Made by a program: the position numbers and the translations under genes
Part shown: positions 12,878 through 24,190 of the stretch, piece by piece
Layout of the letters: every line of letters begins with the position of its first letter
Numbering within the stretch: position 1 is the stretch's first letter
Notes under the pieces: model-generated
Seen by the model: the letters and a program-made list of their open reading frames with translations, nothing else
Databases searched by the model: none
Told to the model about the DNA's origin: nothing
Source of the DNA: Somniosus microcephalus
Lineage: Eukaryota
Reading direction: 5' to 3'
Length of the DNA: 64,000 nucleotides
Assembly (NCBI GenBank): GCA_052327205.1
Contig: CM126226.1
Coordinates: 48,360,001-48,424,000, forward strand

Positions 12878-13660
12878 ACAGCAACAACTTACATTTATGT
12901 AGCGCCTTTACCATAGTGAAACGTCCCAAGGTACTTCACAGGAGCAACTATCAAACTAAATTTGACACCGAGCCACATAAGGAGATATTGGGACGGGAGC
13001 TTGGTCAAAGAGGTAGATTTAAGGAGTGTCTTAAAGGAAGAGAGAGGCGCGGATAGGCGAAGAGGTCCAACGAGGGAATTCCAGAGCTTAAGACATAGGC
13101 AGCTGAAGGCACAGCCACCAATGGTGGAGCAATTAAAATCGAGATGAAGAAGCCAGAATTGGAGGAGCGCAGAGATCTCTGAGGGGTGTAGGGCTGGAGA
13201 GGTAACAGAGATAGGGAGGGGCTAGGCCATGGAGAGATTAGAAAACAAGGTTGAGAATTTTAAAATCGAGGCGTTGCCGGACCGGCAGCCAACGTAGATC
13301 AGCGAGCACAGGGGTGATCGGTGAATAGGACTTGGTACGAGTTAGGATACGGGCAGCAGAGTTTTGGATGAGCTCGAGTTTATGGAGGGTACAAGGTGGG
13401 AGCGAGAGCATTGGAATAGTCGAGTTTAGAGGTAACAAAGGCACAGAATAGTGTTTCAGCAGCAGATAAGTTGAAGCAGGGGTGGAGACAGGTGATATTA
13501 CGAAGGTGAAAGTACACGGTCTTGGTGATGGAGTGGATGTGGGGTCAGAAGCTCAGCTCAGGGTTAAATAGGGCACCAAGGTTGTGAACAGTCTGGTTCA
13601 GCCTCAGACAGTAGCCAGGCAGAGGGACGGAGTTGGTGGCTAGGGAACGGAGCTAGTGGC
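12878..13660 (-). mobile_element. L2 LINE 3' fragment
   Basis: ORF 13238-13444 LHKLELIQNSAARILTRTK..ITPVLADLRWLPVRQRLDFKIL, plus the L2 tail gcgctacataaatgtaagttgttg. Confidence 0.9.
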
Positions 13661-14732
13661 GGATAATATAACAGAGCTAGTGGCGGATAGTATAATTACT
13701 ATGATTTTCTGTACTAAGTGTAACTGTTGCATTTAGATGTGAAATTAGTTACTTTGTTTACCCTTTAAGTACTGCAAACTTTGTTAAGCTTTCAAAATGT
13801 ATTTTTTTCAGATGTCCAAAATCTAGTTTTCAACAGGTTTGTAAAGAGAATTAAGGGACCAAGAATACCGACGTACAGTATTTACATGCTCAAATGAGCT
13901 GCTGCGCTGCTTTCTAAAATTGCAATTTTGTGTGGTGAATTAATTCCACAATACTCTCTCCGGCTTCTTCGTCTTCTGTGGCTCAACCTCTTCCAGCACT
14001 GTCCCCAAAACCTAGAGGCCTTGGGTCAGCAACAGAGAAGCATTTTCCTCCTGTGGTGTTAACCTCCCAACATCTGCTGCTACTCATATTGCCCCTGAAG
14101 TACTGTGTTTTGCAGAGATACACTATAATGAAATGTCAGACACAGGACAAAGCTACTGCAAATTAAGTACCTTTTGATGTCAGTACATTTCGCTTCATTT
14201 CTACTCTTCAAAGTTATTTTCTCCTCTCTCTTCTGGTCTCTCCAGATCATGTACAAACTACAGCTGTGAGGGTTGACAGGCGACCTGTTCTCAAGCCTGG
14301 CACCAGCTGGCACTGAGTAAGTGTGGTCCTTTTGACTCTTCAGCTGATTCCACCACCCTCCCGTAAAGCATCTGACCTCCACTCAGCACATGCCAAATCA
14401 GAACAAAGATCAGCATGTCATAAGAATAAGCACAACCCCACCATGTTCTGCCAAAATGTATCAGTTCACATCACCTCCAAAACTTTCCATTAACAGCACC
14501 GAGATATGTGCACAAGCTAATTTTAATATACATGATACTGAACTATAAAATTCAACAGTCCACTGGATGGCTTCTTGATGAGTGCATTCAGACTTCACTA
14601 AAAGGAATTCCAAACCAATCAAAACTAATCAGAAAACAAATCATTTCCCATTGATATTTGCAATTAACAGAACCATTCATTTAGTAGCAGATCTCCCATA
14701 GTGTTGCTCACAGTAAGTACATTGTTTTATTA

Positions 14733-14812
14733 AGACCAGATTACACGTAGCTGAAGTTTAATAGCAGAGTAATATATTTGCTATTTAACTTCAGCTACGT
14801 GTAATCTGGTCT
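14733..14812. repeat. Near-perfect inverted repeat (about 36-bp arms, 8-nt loop)
   Basis: agaccagattacacgtagctgaagtttaatagcaga ... tttgctatttaacttcagctacgtgtaatctggtct; 2 mismatches. Confidence 0.95.
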
Positions 14813-14834
14813 ATTTTGCCTGAACCATAGGAAT

Positions 14835-14886
14835 TGGAGGTTAAGTCTTATCTCCATGGAGGTCAAGTCTTATCTCCATGGAGGTC
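14835..14886. repeat. 22-bp tandem duplication
   Basis: tggaggt(t/c)aagtcttatctcca x2 plus a partial copy. Confidence 0.9.
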
Positions 14887-15079
14887 CTTAAAAAACTAAA
14901 TCTGTGTTCCTGACATAATGGAATGGTTATCTTCTGGCTTTGCCCCATCACGTGTTAGATGGTTAAAGGGCTAAGCGGCACCTGGGCAGACTCTTCATGG
15001 GCACAAGTTAAAACGGAGGGACATGATGATGTAGTCTTGATCAGTAGTTGGCTTCAGCTGGAGCAAAACTGGGAACTCA

Positions 15080-15453
15080 TTGATAGAGATGTTTAAAATC
15101 ATAAAGGGTTTAGATAGAGTAAATAAAGAGAAACTGTTCCCATTGGCGGAAGGGCTGGTAACCAGAGGGCACAGATTTAAGGTGATTGGCAAAAGAACCA
15201 GAGGCGACAGGAGGAAAAACTTTTACGCAACGAGTGGTTAGGATTTGGAATGCGCTGCCTGATAGGGCGGTGGATACAGATTCAATAGTAGCCTTCAAAA
15301 GGGAATTGGATAAAGAGTTGAAAGAGGAAAAAATTGCAAGGATATGAGGAAAGAGCGGAGGAGCGGGACTAACTGGATTGCTCTTTGAAAGAGCCGGCGC
15401 AGACTCGATGGGCCGAATGGCCTCCTTCTGTGCTGTACTATTCTATGATTCTA
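15080..15453 (+). mobile_element. CR1 LINE 3' fragment
   Basis: LIEMFKIIKGLDRV...RGHRFKV-type sequence ending in the tail gggccgaatggcctccttctgtgctgtactattctatgattcta. Confidence 0.9.
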
Positions 15454-15606
15454 AGTGGCGTTAGGTGCTCCAAAAGGACCAATTCCCAACTAGTACTCAC
15501 TCGGGGCGCACCACTAAAATAACTGGTTCTAACAAGCTAAAAATGTGTGCGCCAAGTTAGAATAACATTATGTGTAATGTGATATCAAAAAAAAGCTAGA
15601 AATAAC

Positions 15607-15705
15607 TCGGTTTCTCTCTCCACAGATGCTGCCTGACCTGCTGAGTATTTCCAGCATTTTATGTTTATATTTCACATTTCAACAGCCGCAGTAGTTTGCC
15701 TTTGG
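15607..15705 (+). mobile_element. Penelope-like terminal fragment
   Basis: tttctctctccacagatgctgcctgacctgctgagtatttccagcatttt; same family as 27522 and 61944. Confidence 0.65.
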
Positions 15706-15940
15706 TAGAAATAACTGGCTTGATTTCTCTCCTTAATGCTAATTTTTAATATAAAAGTGTACGCTGAAAAAAATACTATATATGCAAGCACACATATGCA
15801 TACATATTCACCCATCCATACATGTAGAGTATTTACTTTCAAGTCCTTTCACTTTTTATATAAAGTGTTACATAGCAACATGCTGTGCAAGATGTACTAG
15901 GTAGATGCTTGGTGTTTAGATGCATTGAAGTGGGACAGGT

Positions 15941-16137
15941 AGGATTTAGCAGAACTAAGGACGTGGTTCTGGGATTTAGCAGAACTAAGGACGTGGTTCT
16001 GGGATTTAGCAGAACTAAGGACGTGGTTCTGGGATTTAGCAGAACTAAGGACGTGGTTCTGGGATTTAGCAGAACTAAGGACGTGGTTCTGGGATTTAGC
16101 AGAACTAAGGACGTGGTTCTGGGATTTAGCAGAACTA
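15941..16137. repeat. 30-bp minisatellite, about 6.5 near-identical copies (one more unit at 16601-16634)
   Basis: gggatttagcagaactaaggacgtggttct repeated head to tail with no spacers. Confidence 0.97.
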
Positions 16138-16146
16138 GGACTAGCT

Positions 16147-16597
16147 GTCCCAGCTGTGGCTCAGTGGGTAGCACAGTCGCCTCCGAGTCAGAAGGTTGTG
16201 GGTTCAAGTCCCACTCCTGGGACTTTGAGCACATAAAGCTAGACTGACTCCAATACAGTGCTGAGGGAGTGCTGTCTTTCGGATGAGATGTTAAACCGAG
16301 GCCCCGTCTGCTCTCTCAGGTGGACGTAAAAGATCCCATGGCAATATTTCGAAGAAGAGCAGGGGAGTTATCCCCGGTGTCCTGGCCAATACTTATCCCT
16401 CAACCATAATAACAAAAACAAATTATCTAGTCATTATCACATTGCTGTTTGTGGGACCTTGCTGTGTGCAAACTGGCTGCCGCGTCGCCCACATTACAAC
16501 AGTGACTACACTTCAAAAAGTACTTCATTTGCTGTAAAGCGCTTTGAGACGTCCGGTGGTCATGAAAGACACTATATAAATGCAAATCTCTTTTCTT
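16147..16597 (+). mobile_element. Near full-length tRNA-derived Deu-domain SINE (SacSINE1/AmnSINE-like) with L2-type tail
   Basis: A box tggctcagtgg, B box ggttcaagtccc, core tcggatgagatgttaaaccgaggccccgtctgc...gatcccatggc, tail ctatataaatgcaaatctc. Confidence 0.85.
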
Positions 16598-17717
16598 TAC
16601 GTTCTGGGATTTAGCAGAACTAAGGACATGGTTGTGGGCTGTGGCAGTTCTGGGGCAACAATTTTGGTATTTGGGAGCACTGGGTCCCGGAGTTTGGTGT
16701 GGGTGGGGCAGGAATGTCTTGTGGTTTAACAACACTGTGGGAGGAGAACCCTAGGTCTGGCAGTATTGGTTTGTAAGTTTCCAATAGATCTCTGCAAATA
16801 TTGAGTGAATTGTTTTTTTGATTGATTCCTGGAATAATAGTGTGTGTCAGATATCAGAGCTGCACAAATAACCATCTTAGTGTCTTTACCTCTCTGCAAT
16901 AGTAAATAACAATGGCTGCTTTCATTTATATTTATTTTCAATTAGCAAAATTCAGTTAGCAATTTTTGCATCTCTTCGAAAGGGACAGGTCTTGCAACCA
17001 ATACCCCTTGCAAATGACCAGTCTTCCTGTCGATCACAAACATTCCCAAAAATGACCTCAAAAATATTTACCACCGATAAGAGTCCCAAAACATTTCTTT
17101 TTGGAACTGAAAACCTGAGAAATGGATTACATGTTTTCTCAGGTTAATATACAAAAGAAGCATGTTAAACATCTTCCAGGATTTTCCACTCAATAGCAGC
17201 TCTATAAACAAATCTCATGTAAACAATAGGACAGTGTCTCTCTCTTTCAGTCTGACATGCTTCCTGAAGTAAAAAAATGAAGTTAACTTTTATTTAAAAG
17301 ATTAGCTGAAGCCCTACTCAAACTCCTTGCCCAGTTGAATTCAAATCATTTTCAACAACTATACTGTTACACAGAGCCACTGTGTTACCAGAAAAATAAC
17401 TGATTGTTCATTATTCAAACAAAAGATGCCATAGATGTGCAATCAGTACGGGCGGTCATGAAGTGGGTCTTCGCATATTTTGTTTTTTCTCTCTTTTGCT
17501 CTTAACCCTTTTGCTGTGTGTGTATGTTTTGTGCCCATGTTTTAAAAAGTCTGTTTAAACTTCACCTGAATAAAACTTCAGATGTGTTCTCTAGCTTCTT
17601 TTTCCAAGTAATTTTGAAAAACAGCGAACAGGCACGGTTAAAGACTGAAGAGAAACATTGTACCAGGCTAAATTCTACAGATGCACATTGGGAACACTCA
17701 AGACTGCAAACCTGTCT

Positions 17718-17832
17718 TCAGCTAACAATTTGCTTTGTACAAATTGGCCACCATGTCTGGGTACAGAACAACACTGCACTTCAAAAGCAATTCATTGGCC
17801 GTGAAGTGCTTTGGGACGTGCTGAGAATGTGA
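17718..17832 (+). mobile_element. Degraded Deu-SINE 3' fragment
   Basis: cacttcaaaagcaattcattggccgtgaagtgctttgggacgt resembles the 3' part of the 16147 SINE. Confidence 0.55.
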
Positions 17833-18087
17833 GGGGCTTAATAAATTTCTAAAAGTGCCACAGCTCTGGGCAACAATAACAAGTCCAAGCCAAGGCTTTA
17901 GGGAGAGGTTGAGGCCTTCAAGTACAAACATTAATGAAGGTATTCAAAAACACAATGAGAAAAATTTATTAAATTTAACCAGGTTATTGTGAAATATGTA
18001 ATTTTACCAAGTCTTTACAAACCTTATTTTGGACGTTAGAAATTTCAGTTAGAGAAAACAAATGTTTTCCAAGAGTGTTTTGAATTA

Positions 18088-18420
18088 CAAGAAACTTTTG
18101 TTTATCCGGAGGTTGTCGGTCCGGAATACTCGATCTAACGGCAAAAATCAGGAGCCGTTTTCTGTAAGTTTTTTAAGTTCTCGTTCTTTTTTCCCCCCCA
18201 GTCAGGCACTGCAAGGTCTGTAGCTATAGCAACAGCTTCAGCTTGAGACGCTTGCAGCTGCAGCCGACTCTTTAGAAGCTGTTGCTAAGCAACAGTGTTT
18301 GTTGTCAGATACGGAGATGAAAACCTCCGTATGCTTCAACATTAACTTTGTATGTCCGGCAGTTTTGATAGATCGGCAACACGCCGGTCCCGTCGCTGCC
18401 GGATATCACAAAGTTTCCTG
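18088..18420. mobile_element. Tc1/mariner-type MITE, copy 2 (two RFX X-box motifs)
   Basis: TA|CAAGAAACTTTTG ... CAAAGTTTCCTG|TA; interior alignable to copy 3. Confidence 0.85.
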
Positions 18421-19462
18421 TATTTGATTGGATCACCTTCTCCTTGCTTTAGGTTCTCTTGATTGATCATTCAGGTTTGGTTGCCTTCATAAATCCTTAG
18501 TAGTTTCTCACTGGCAGTTTTCTAACCACCTTCCTCACTTCTGATTCCTATCTTCCCCACCTGTTCAGTTTTGATTTGCTGCTATTTTACTTTGAGCCAA
18601 TCAACAAATGTGACAGTAAAAGTGTGCTGTGCGGAGGTGAAAGTGCCCATCTCTGGTGGCAAAGTGTAACATCCGACAGCGAAACAATGACGTGACAGGA
18701 TCAAAGTGTTACACAACAGGCATGTATGCAGGCACAGGATTTTTAACATATTAAATTAATCTGCTCTGCCTATTTATTGCTGTCGGATGCTGCGGTTTTA
18801 GGAAGTGCAACTAATTTTAGGAGGAAGAGGAATTTCTGTCTATTTTATTAAATAGACAAAGAGCCAGAAGAAGTTTGAAATGAAATTAATGCAATAAATT
18901 TAGAGAGGGTAAGAATGTGAGGATCGAAGTGTTTTACAGACAATGATATTGTTCTATTTTATTTGGTTTAGTTCAGTGTTCAGGTTCACAGCAGTTATTA
19001 GTGGCTTGATCTGTGCTTCAGATGGTGAACGCTGCTGGGGATACTATTTATATTATTTTTGCCACGTGCTGTTGGAAGCAGCCCAGATTTTGACAGTGCT
19101 GAAACAGGCTGTCTTTAAATTACAGTAAATTAATTTTGAGTGGCTTAATATAAAGTACAATGTATTGGGGGTAATTATAAAGTAACTTGCTGCAATTTCA
19201 TTCCACATGTAAAGTACAAGGGGAAAAAAAACATTAGTTTTTGAGTTACCTCTAAACCTCTTCCTCATATATGGATGCTCCTGGCTTACTTGTTGGAATT
19301 CCCTGCTTCCCCAAACCCTCCCGCCTCTTTGCCTTTCTCTTCCAACCTTTAAAAGCCATCCTTGCAACCAACCTTTTGTTCACCTCTCTTAACACTCCCA
19401 AAATGTCAGCTAGCATGGGGAGTCAGGCTGGGAAGTTGAGTGGTCAGCAGTTTTGCAGGAAT

Positions 19463-20141
19463 AACATAGAAACATAGAAGATAGGAGCAGGAGTAGGCCA
19501 TTCGGCCCCTCGAGCCTGCTCTGCCATTCAATGAGATCATGGCTGATCATCCAAATTCAGTACCCTGTTCCCGCCTTCTCTCCATATCCCTTGATCCCTT
19601 TAGCCTTAAGAAATATATCCAACTCCTTCTTGAATATATTTAATGAATTGGCCTCAACTGCCTTCTTTGGTAGAGAATTCCACAGGTTCGCCACTCTCTG
19701 GGTGAAGAAATTCCTCCTCATCTCAGTCCTAAATGGCTTACCCCTTAGCCTTAGACTGTGACCCCTGTTTCTGGACTCCCCGACCATCTGGAACATCCTC
19801 CCTGCATCTAGTCTGTCCAGTCCTGTCAGAATTTTATAAGTTTCAATGAGATCCCCTCTCATTCTTCTAAACTCCAGCAAGTCCAAGCCCAATCGACTCA
19901 ATCTCTCCTCATACGTCATTCCTGCCATCCCAGGTATCAGTCTGGTGAATCTTCGCTGCACTCCTTCCATGGCAAGAACATCCTTCCTCAGATAAGGCGA
20001 CCAAAACTGCACACAATACTCCAGATATGGTCTCACCAAGGCCCTGTACAACTGCAGCAAGACATCCTTGTTCCTGTACTCAAACCCTCTCGCTACGAAG
20101 GCCAACATACCATTTGCCTTCTTAACCGCCTGCTGCACCTG
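19463..20141 (-). mobile_element. CR1 LINE 3' fragment
   Basis: QVQQAVKKANGMLAF..LYRALVRPYLEYCVQFWSPY..RRMRGDLIETYKI..FFTQRVANLWNSLP, with CR1 tail. Confidence 0.93.
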
Positions 20142-20375
20142 AATGGAGTCAAGAGAGCAGGAAGTGGGTCTTGTGGAGAAGATGAACTCAGAGAGGGCAT
20201 GAGGGGAGAAACTAGAATAAGACACGGATTTGAGGCTGGGGCACTGGGCAATTCTAGGAAAGGTTTGTCTTGGTGGGCAATGTTGTGCTGGCTGGAATTC
20301 CAGGACCATTCTAGGGAGCGGATGGAGGAGAGGATAAGAATTACACAGATTAACAGTTGCCAAATAAAAACTACC
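20142..20375 (-). mobile_element. Degraded internal L2-like ORF2 fragment abutting the CR1
   Basis: ...FSPHALSEFIFSTRPTSCSLDSI resembles the L2 motif (K/R)PTSCSLDPIP upstream of the RT domain. Confidence 0.55.
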
Positions 20376-20634
20376 ACCATTGGTGATTAACCTTGGTTTC
20401 CTAGTCTCTAGTCAATAATCTTGATTTTCACCATCCTATTGGATACCAATACATTTTGCTTTGGCTGCAAGTGTTATGTGAAGGACCTTATTAAAATAGT
20501 TCCTGAAAGTCAAAACACGTTATCCACCAAGTTACCATCATTCATCCACAATGGTACATCTTCAAGAAACTGCAATAAATTTCACCCTGGCCTGCCTTTC
20601 ATAAATCCAGGTTGGCTCTGAGTTATTACCTTCA

Positions 20635-20659
20635 ATATATATATATATATATATATATA
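20635..20659. repeat. (AT)n microsatellite
   Basis: Direct sequence. Confidence 0.95.
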
Positions 20660-20811
20660 TTCTCACCATCTATGTCAAACTAAGTAACCTGTAACTCTCT
20701 GGATTTTGCTTCTGGTCTTTTAAAGCCGAGGTCACATTAGCTATCTTACATTCTTGCTGTATCAGCCTTATGTTCAATGAGACAGCTTAATTTCAACCAC
20801 TACACTCCCTA

Positions 20812-21682
20812 TTATAGGATTACATGGGTTTACATAGGATATACAGCACAGAAACAGGCCATTGGGCCAAACCAGTCCATGCCGGCATTTATGCTCCAAT
20901 CTTTCCTCATCTAAATCCATCAGCATAACCCTCTATTCCCTTCTCCCTCATATGCTTGTCTAGCCTCCCCTTAAATGCATCGATATATTCGCTTCAACCA
21001 CTCCCTGTGGTAGCGAGTTCCACATTCTCACCACGCTTTGGGTAAAGAAGTTTCTTCTGAATTCCCTATTGGATTTCTTGATGACTATCTTATATCAATG
21101 GCCTCCAGTTTTACTCTTCCCCACAAGTGGAAACATTCTCCCTGTGTCTACTTTTATCAAAACCTTTCATAATTTTAAAGACCTCTATTAGGTCACCCCT
21201 CAGCCTTCTTTTTTCAAGAGAAAAGAGACCCAGCCTGTTCATCCTTTCCCGATAGGTACAACCTCGCATTTCTGGTATCATCCTTGTAAATCTTCTCTGC
21301 CCCCTCTCCAGTGCCTCGATATCCTTTTTATAATATGGCGACCAGAACTGCACGCAGTACTCCAAGTGTGGTCTAACCAAGGTTCAATACAGGTTTAGCA
21401 TAACTTCACTACTTTTCAATTCTATCCCTCTAGAAATAAACCCTGATGTTTGGTTGGCTTTTTTTTTTTAAATGGCCTTGTTAACCTGTGTCACTATATT
21501 TAGTGATTTGTGTATTTGTACTCCGAGATCCCTTTGTTCTTCTACCCCACCCAGACTCGCACCCTCAAAGTAATAAGTGACTTCCCTATTTTTTCTACCA
21601 AAATGCAATACCTTACATTTATCGGTGTTGAAATTCATTTGCCAATTATATGCCCATTCTGCAAGTTTATTAATGTCTTCCT
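20812..21682 (-). mobile_element. CR1 LINE 3' fragment, same subfamily as 41725 and 61605
   Basis: ORF 21111-21380 VRPHLEYCVQFWSPYYKKDIEALE..RLRGDLIEVFKIMKGFD, with tail (atcctatgta). Confidence 0.92.
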
Positions 21683-21847
21683 GAGTTGATTAAGAAACAT
21701 TCCTTTTGGGCCAGTTCCTACGGACTTCAGGTACTCCAGTTCCTTAATGATCATTTCATTACTGACCACTATATTTTCCAAATACTCTGATGAATTCTCC
21801 CATTAATTCAATTACTGCATTGAGAATACTATCAGCATATTTTACAG

Positions 21848-21976
21848 GTGTGAGAGTGTTTGTGTGTGCGAGTGAGTGTGCGAGTGAGTGTGTGTGTGTG
21901 CGCGAGTGCATGTGTGTGAGTGTGCCACTGAGTGTGCGAGTGAGTGTGTTTATGTGCGTTTGCATGTGCGTGCGTG
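21848..21976. repeat. (GT)/(GAGTGT)-rich compound microsatellite
   Basis: Direct sequence. Confidence 0.9.
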
Positions 21977-22274
21977 CAGCTGTAAATGACTGTAGTTTCT
22001 TCAATACGCGGCTTGCAACAAATATTGCCAAATAGTCTCTTTTCATTTCCTTCGTTTGTTGCAATTTATTTTTCAAATGGTGCCTTTTGTTCTCTAATTT
22101 TAGAATCTCTTGTACTAATTTTCCAATCTTCCTCCTTACCAATTTTTAAATCATTTCAAAATATTTTTCTTTTTGCTTTACGCTTACTCTAATCTCTGCA
22201 TTGGATGTTAATTTTGATAACTGGTGTGCTGGTGGTAAGCCGTACAAGGCTAATAACCAGGAAGTTTAGTGTAA

Positions 22275-22994
22275 TTGACATTCAATGGCATTACCATCGT
22301 CGAATCCCCCACCATCAACATTCTGAGGGGTCACTATTGACCAGAAACTTAACTGGACCAGCCACATAAATACTGCGTCAACAAGAGCAGGTCAGAGGCT
22401 GGGTATTCTGCGGCGAGTGTCTCACCTCCTGACTCCCCAAAGCCTTTCCACCATCTACAAGGCACAAGTCAGGAGTGTGATGGAATACTCTCCACTTGCC
22501 TGGATGAGTGCAGCTCCAACAATACTCAAGAAGCGCGACACCATCCAGGACAGAGCAGGCTGCTTGATTGGCACCCCATCCACCACCTTAAACATTCACT
22601 CCCTCCACCACTGGCGTACCGTGGCTGCAGTGTGCACCATCTACAAGATGCACTTCAGCAACTCGCCAAGGCTTCTTCGACAGCACCTCCCAAACCCGCG
22701 ACCTCTACCACCTAGAAGGACAAGGGCAGCAGGTGCATGGGAATACCACCACCTCCAAGTTCCCCTCCAAGTCACACACCATCCTGACTTGGAAGTATAT
22801 CGGCCGTTCCTTCATCGTCGCTGGGTCAAAATCCTGGAACTCCCTTCCTAACAGCACCGTGTGAGTACATTCACCACACGGACTGCAGCGGTTCAAGAAG
22901 GCGGCTCACCACCACCTTCTCGAGGGCAATTAGGGATGGGCAATAAATACTGGCCTTGCCAGCGACGCCCAGATCCCATGAACGAATAAAAAAA
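22275..22994 (+). mobile_element. CR1-group non-LTR retrotransposon 3' fragment, distinct from the HER1-like CR1s
   Basis: LGVTIDQKLNWTSHI-like sequence and ORF 22417-22851 LSTIYKAQVRSVMEYSPLAW..SLHHWRTVA; ends in gaataaaaaaa. Confidence 0.85.
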
Positions 22995-23883
22995 GTGAAT
23001 TGAACCACTGTTTCTGGAGGGAGCGCGTTACAAAACAATTTGACTTTGTTGCCCACTGAAGGCAATAAATGGGACAATGAACAAATTTACCAGGGATTGG
23101 GAAAGTAAAGAATTAAAAATCACTTTAAAGCCTTTTCACAATGTTGATTTGCTTGATCATATTAAGCAAGTATGTGGATGTATACTGCTATATCTTCTTG
23201 GTTGGACTGTACACTAACTTAGTCAGAAAATACAGAGCACTCATCAGCTTGCAAAGCATTTCTGGAAAAGGAAAGGTTACCTGCAAAAGCAAGCAGCTTA
23301 AACCTACGTGGCTGTGGTTATTTATAGAACAGGACCTGTTGATTCACGCATGAATGATGATGGTCCATAATGGTTTCAGTGTCCAACCTGGAGCAATGGA
23401 CGAAGACAGTTCAACACAATTTCTCCATTTAGTCCTATGAAATAGTGCCTCGAGCCTCATCATTCTCGTCTTAAATGACCTGCCAAATGTCATCAAAAGT
23501 GGCAATTCTCTTGCTGATGATAGCACCCTCTGCCAAATTCTTAGACATCACTCCCTTTCTGAAAGGAACCAGCGACCAAACAACAGCAGGCACACAGACT
23601 AGACAGCGAGCATCTTCAATGTTTACAGCATCAAGTCAATAATCATCCAATAAAGGCTGACCAAATTTCTGCCAACTCACATTTACTTTAAAGATGGAAA
23701 TCTATCTTCAATTACAAACATTCAGTTCCATAATTATATTTGATTTAACATACAAAAAAAGTGGTGAAGCTGGCTGAAAAGGTCACTATCAACAACTTTA
23801 GTGTTCTACAAAGTCAATACACGTCCAGTGATCAAATATTGTACCTTATCTGACCAATGGAAAAGAAACCCCATCTTTTACTT

Positions 23884-24190
23884 CATAGAATTACACAGAA
23901 ATTACAACATGAAAACAGGCTATTCTACCCAGCCAGTCTATATTGGTGTTTATCCTCCACACAAGCAGTAGTCTTAATCCCATGTTTTTATAAATTAACT
24001 GCCTTCAGCTGCTCTGAATATAATAAAATACTTAATCCCATCTTCCTTTATTTTCCCTTTCCTTCAACTACCTATGTAACCTATTCTTCAATTTGACATG
24101 GTCTCTGCTTCAATCATCAACTCCGGTACTGCATTCCACAACCAAACAACCTCCGTGTGAAAGCTCCTCCTCTCTCGATCCTAAATCTCT
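23884..24190 (-). mobile_element. Old degraded CR1 3' fragment
   Basis: catagaattacacagaa... tail remnant plus degenerate ORF2 C-terminal sequence. Confidence 0.5.

Noticed and set aside
16147-16225. tRNA gene (also near 2070, 36760 and 47440)
   Set aside because: The A/B boxes belong to SINE heads; no complete cloverleaf.
15839-16247. CRISPR-like array, or repeat-protein ORFs on both strands
   Set aside because: The 30-bp units are directly adjacent with no spacers, in a eukaryotic context; the ORFs exist only because the unit is a stop-free multiple of 3.
19557-20363. 268-aa ORF as a novel gene
   Set aside because: Chance in-frame fusion of an L2 remnant and a CR1 fragment.
21759-22142. 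ORFs with HT/CV-rich sequence
   Set aside because: Translation of a GT microsatellite.
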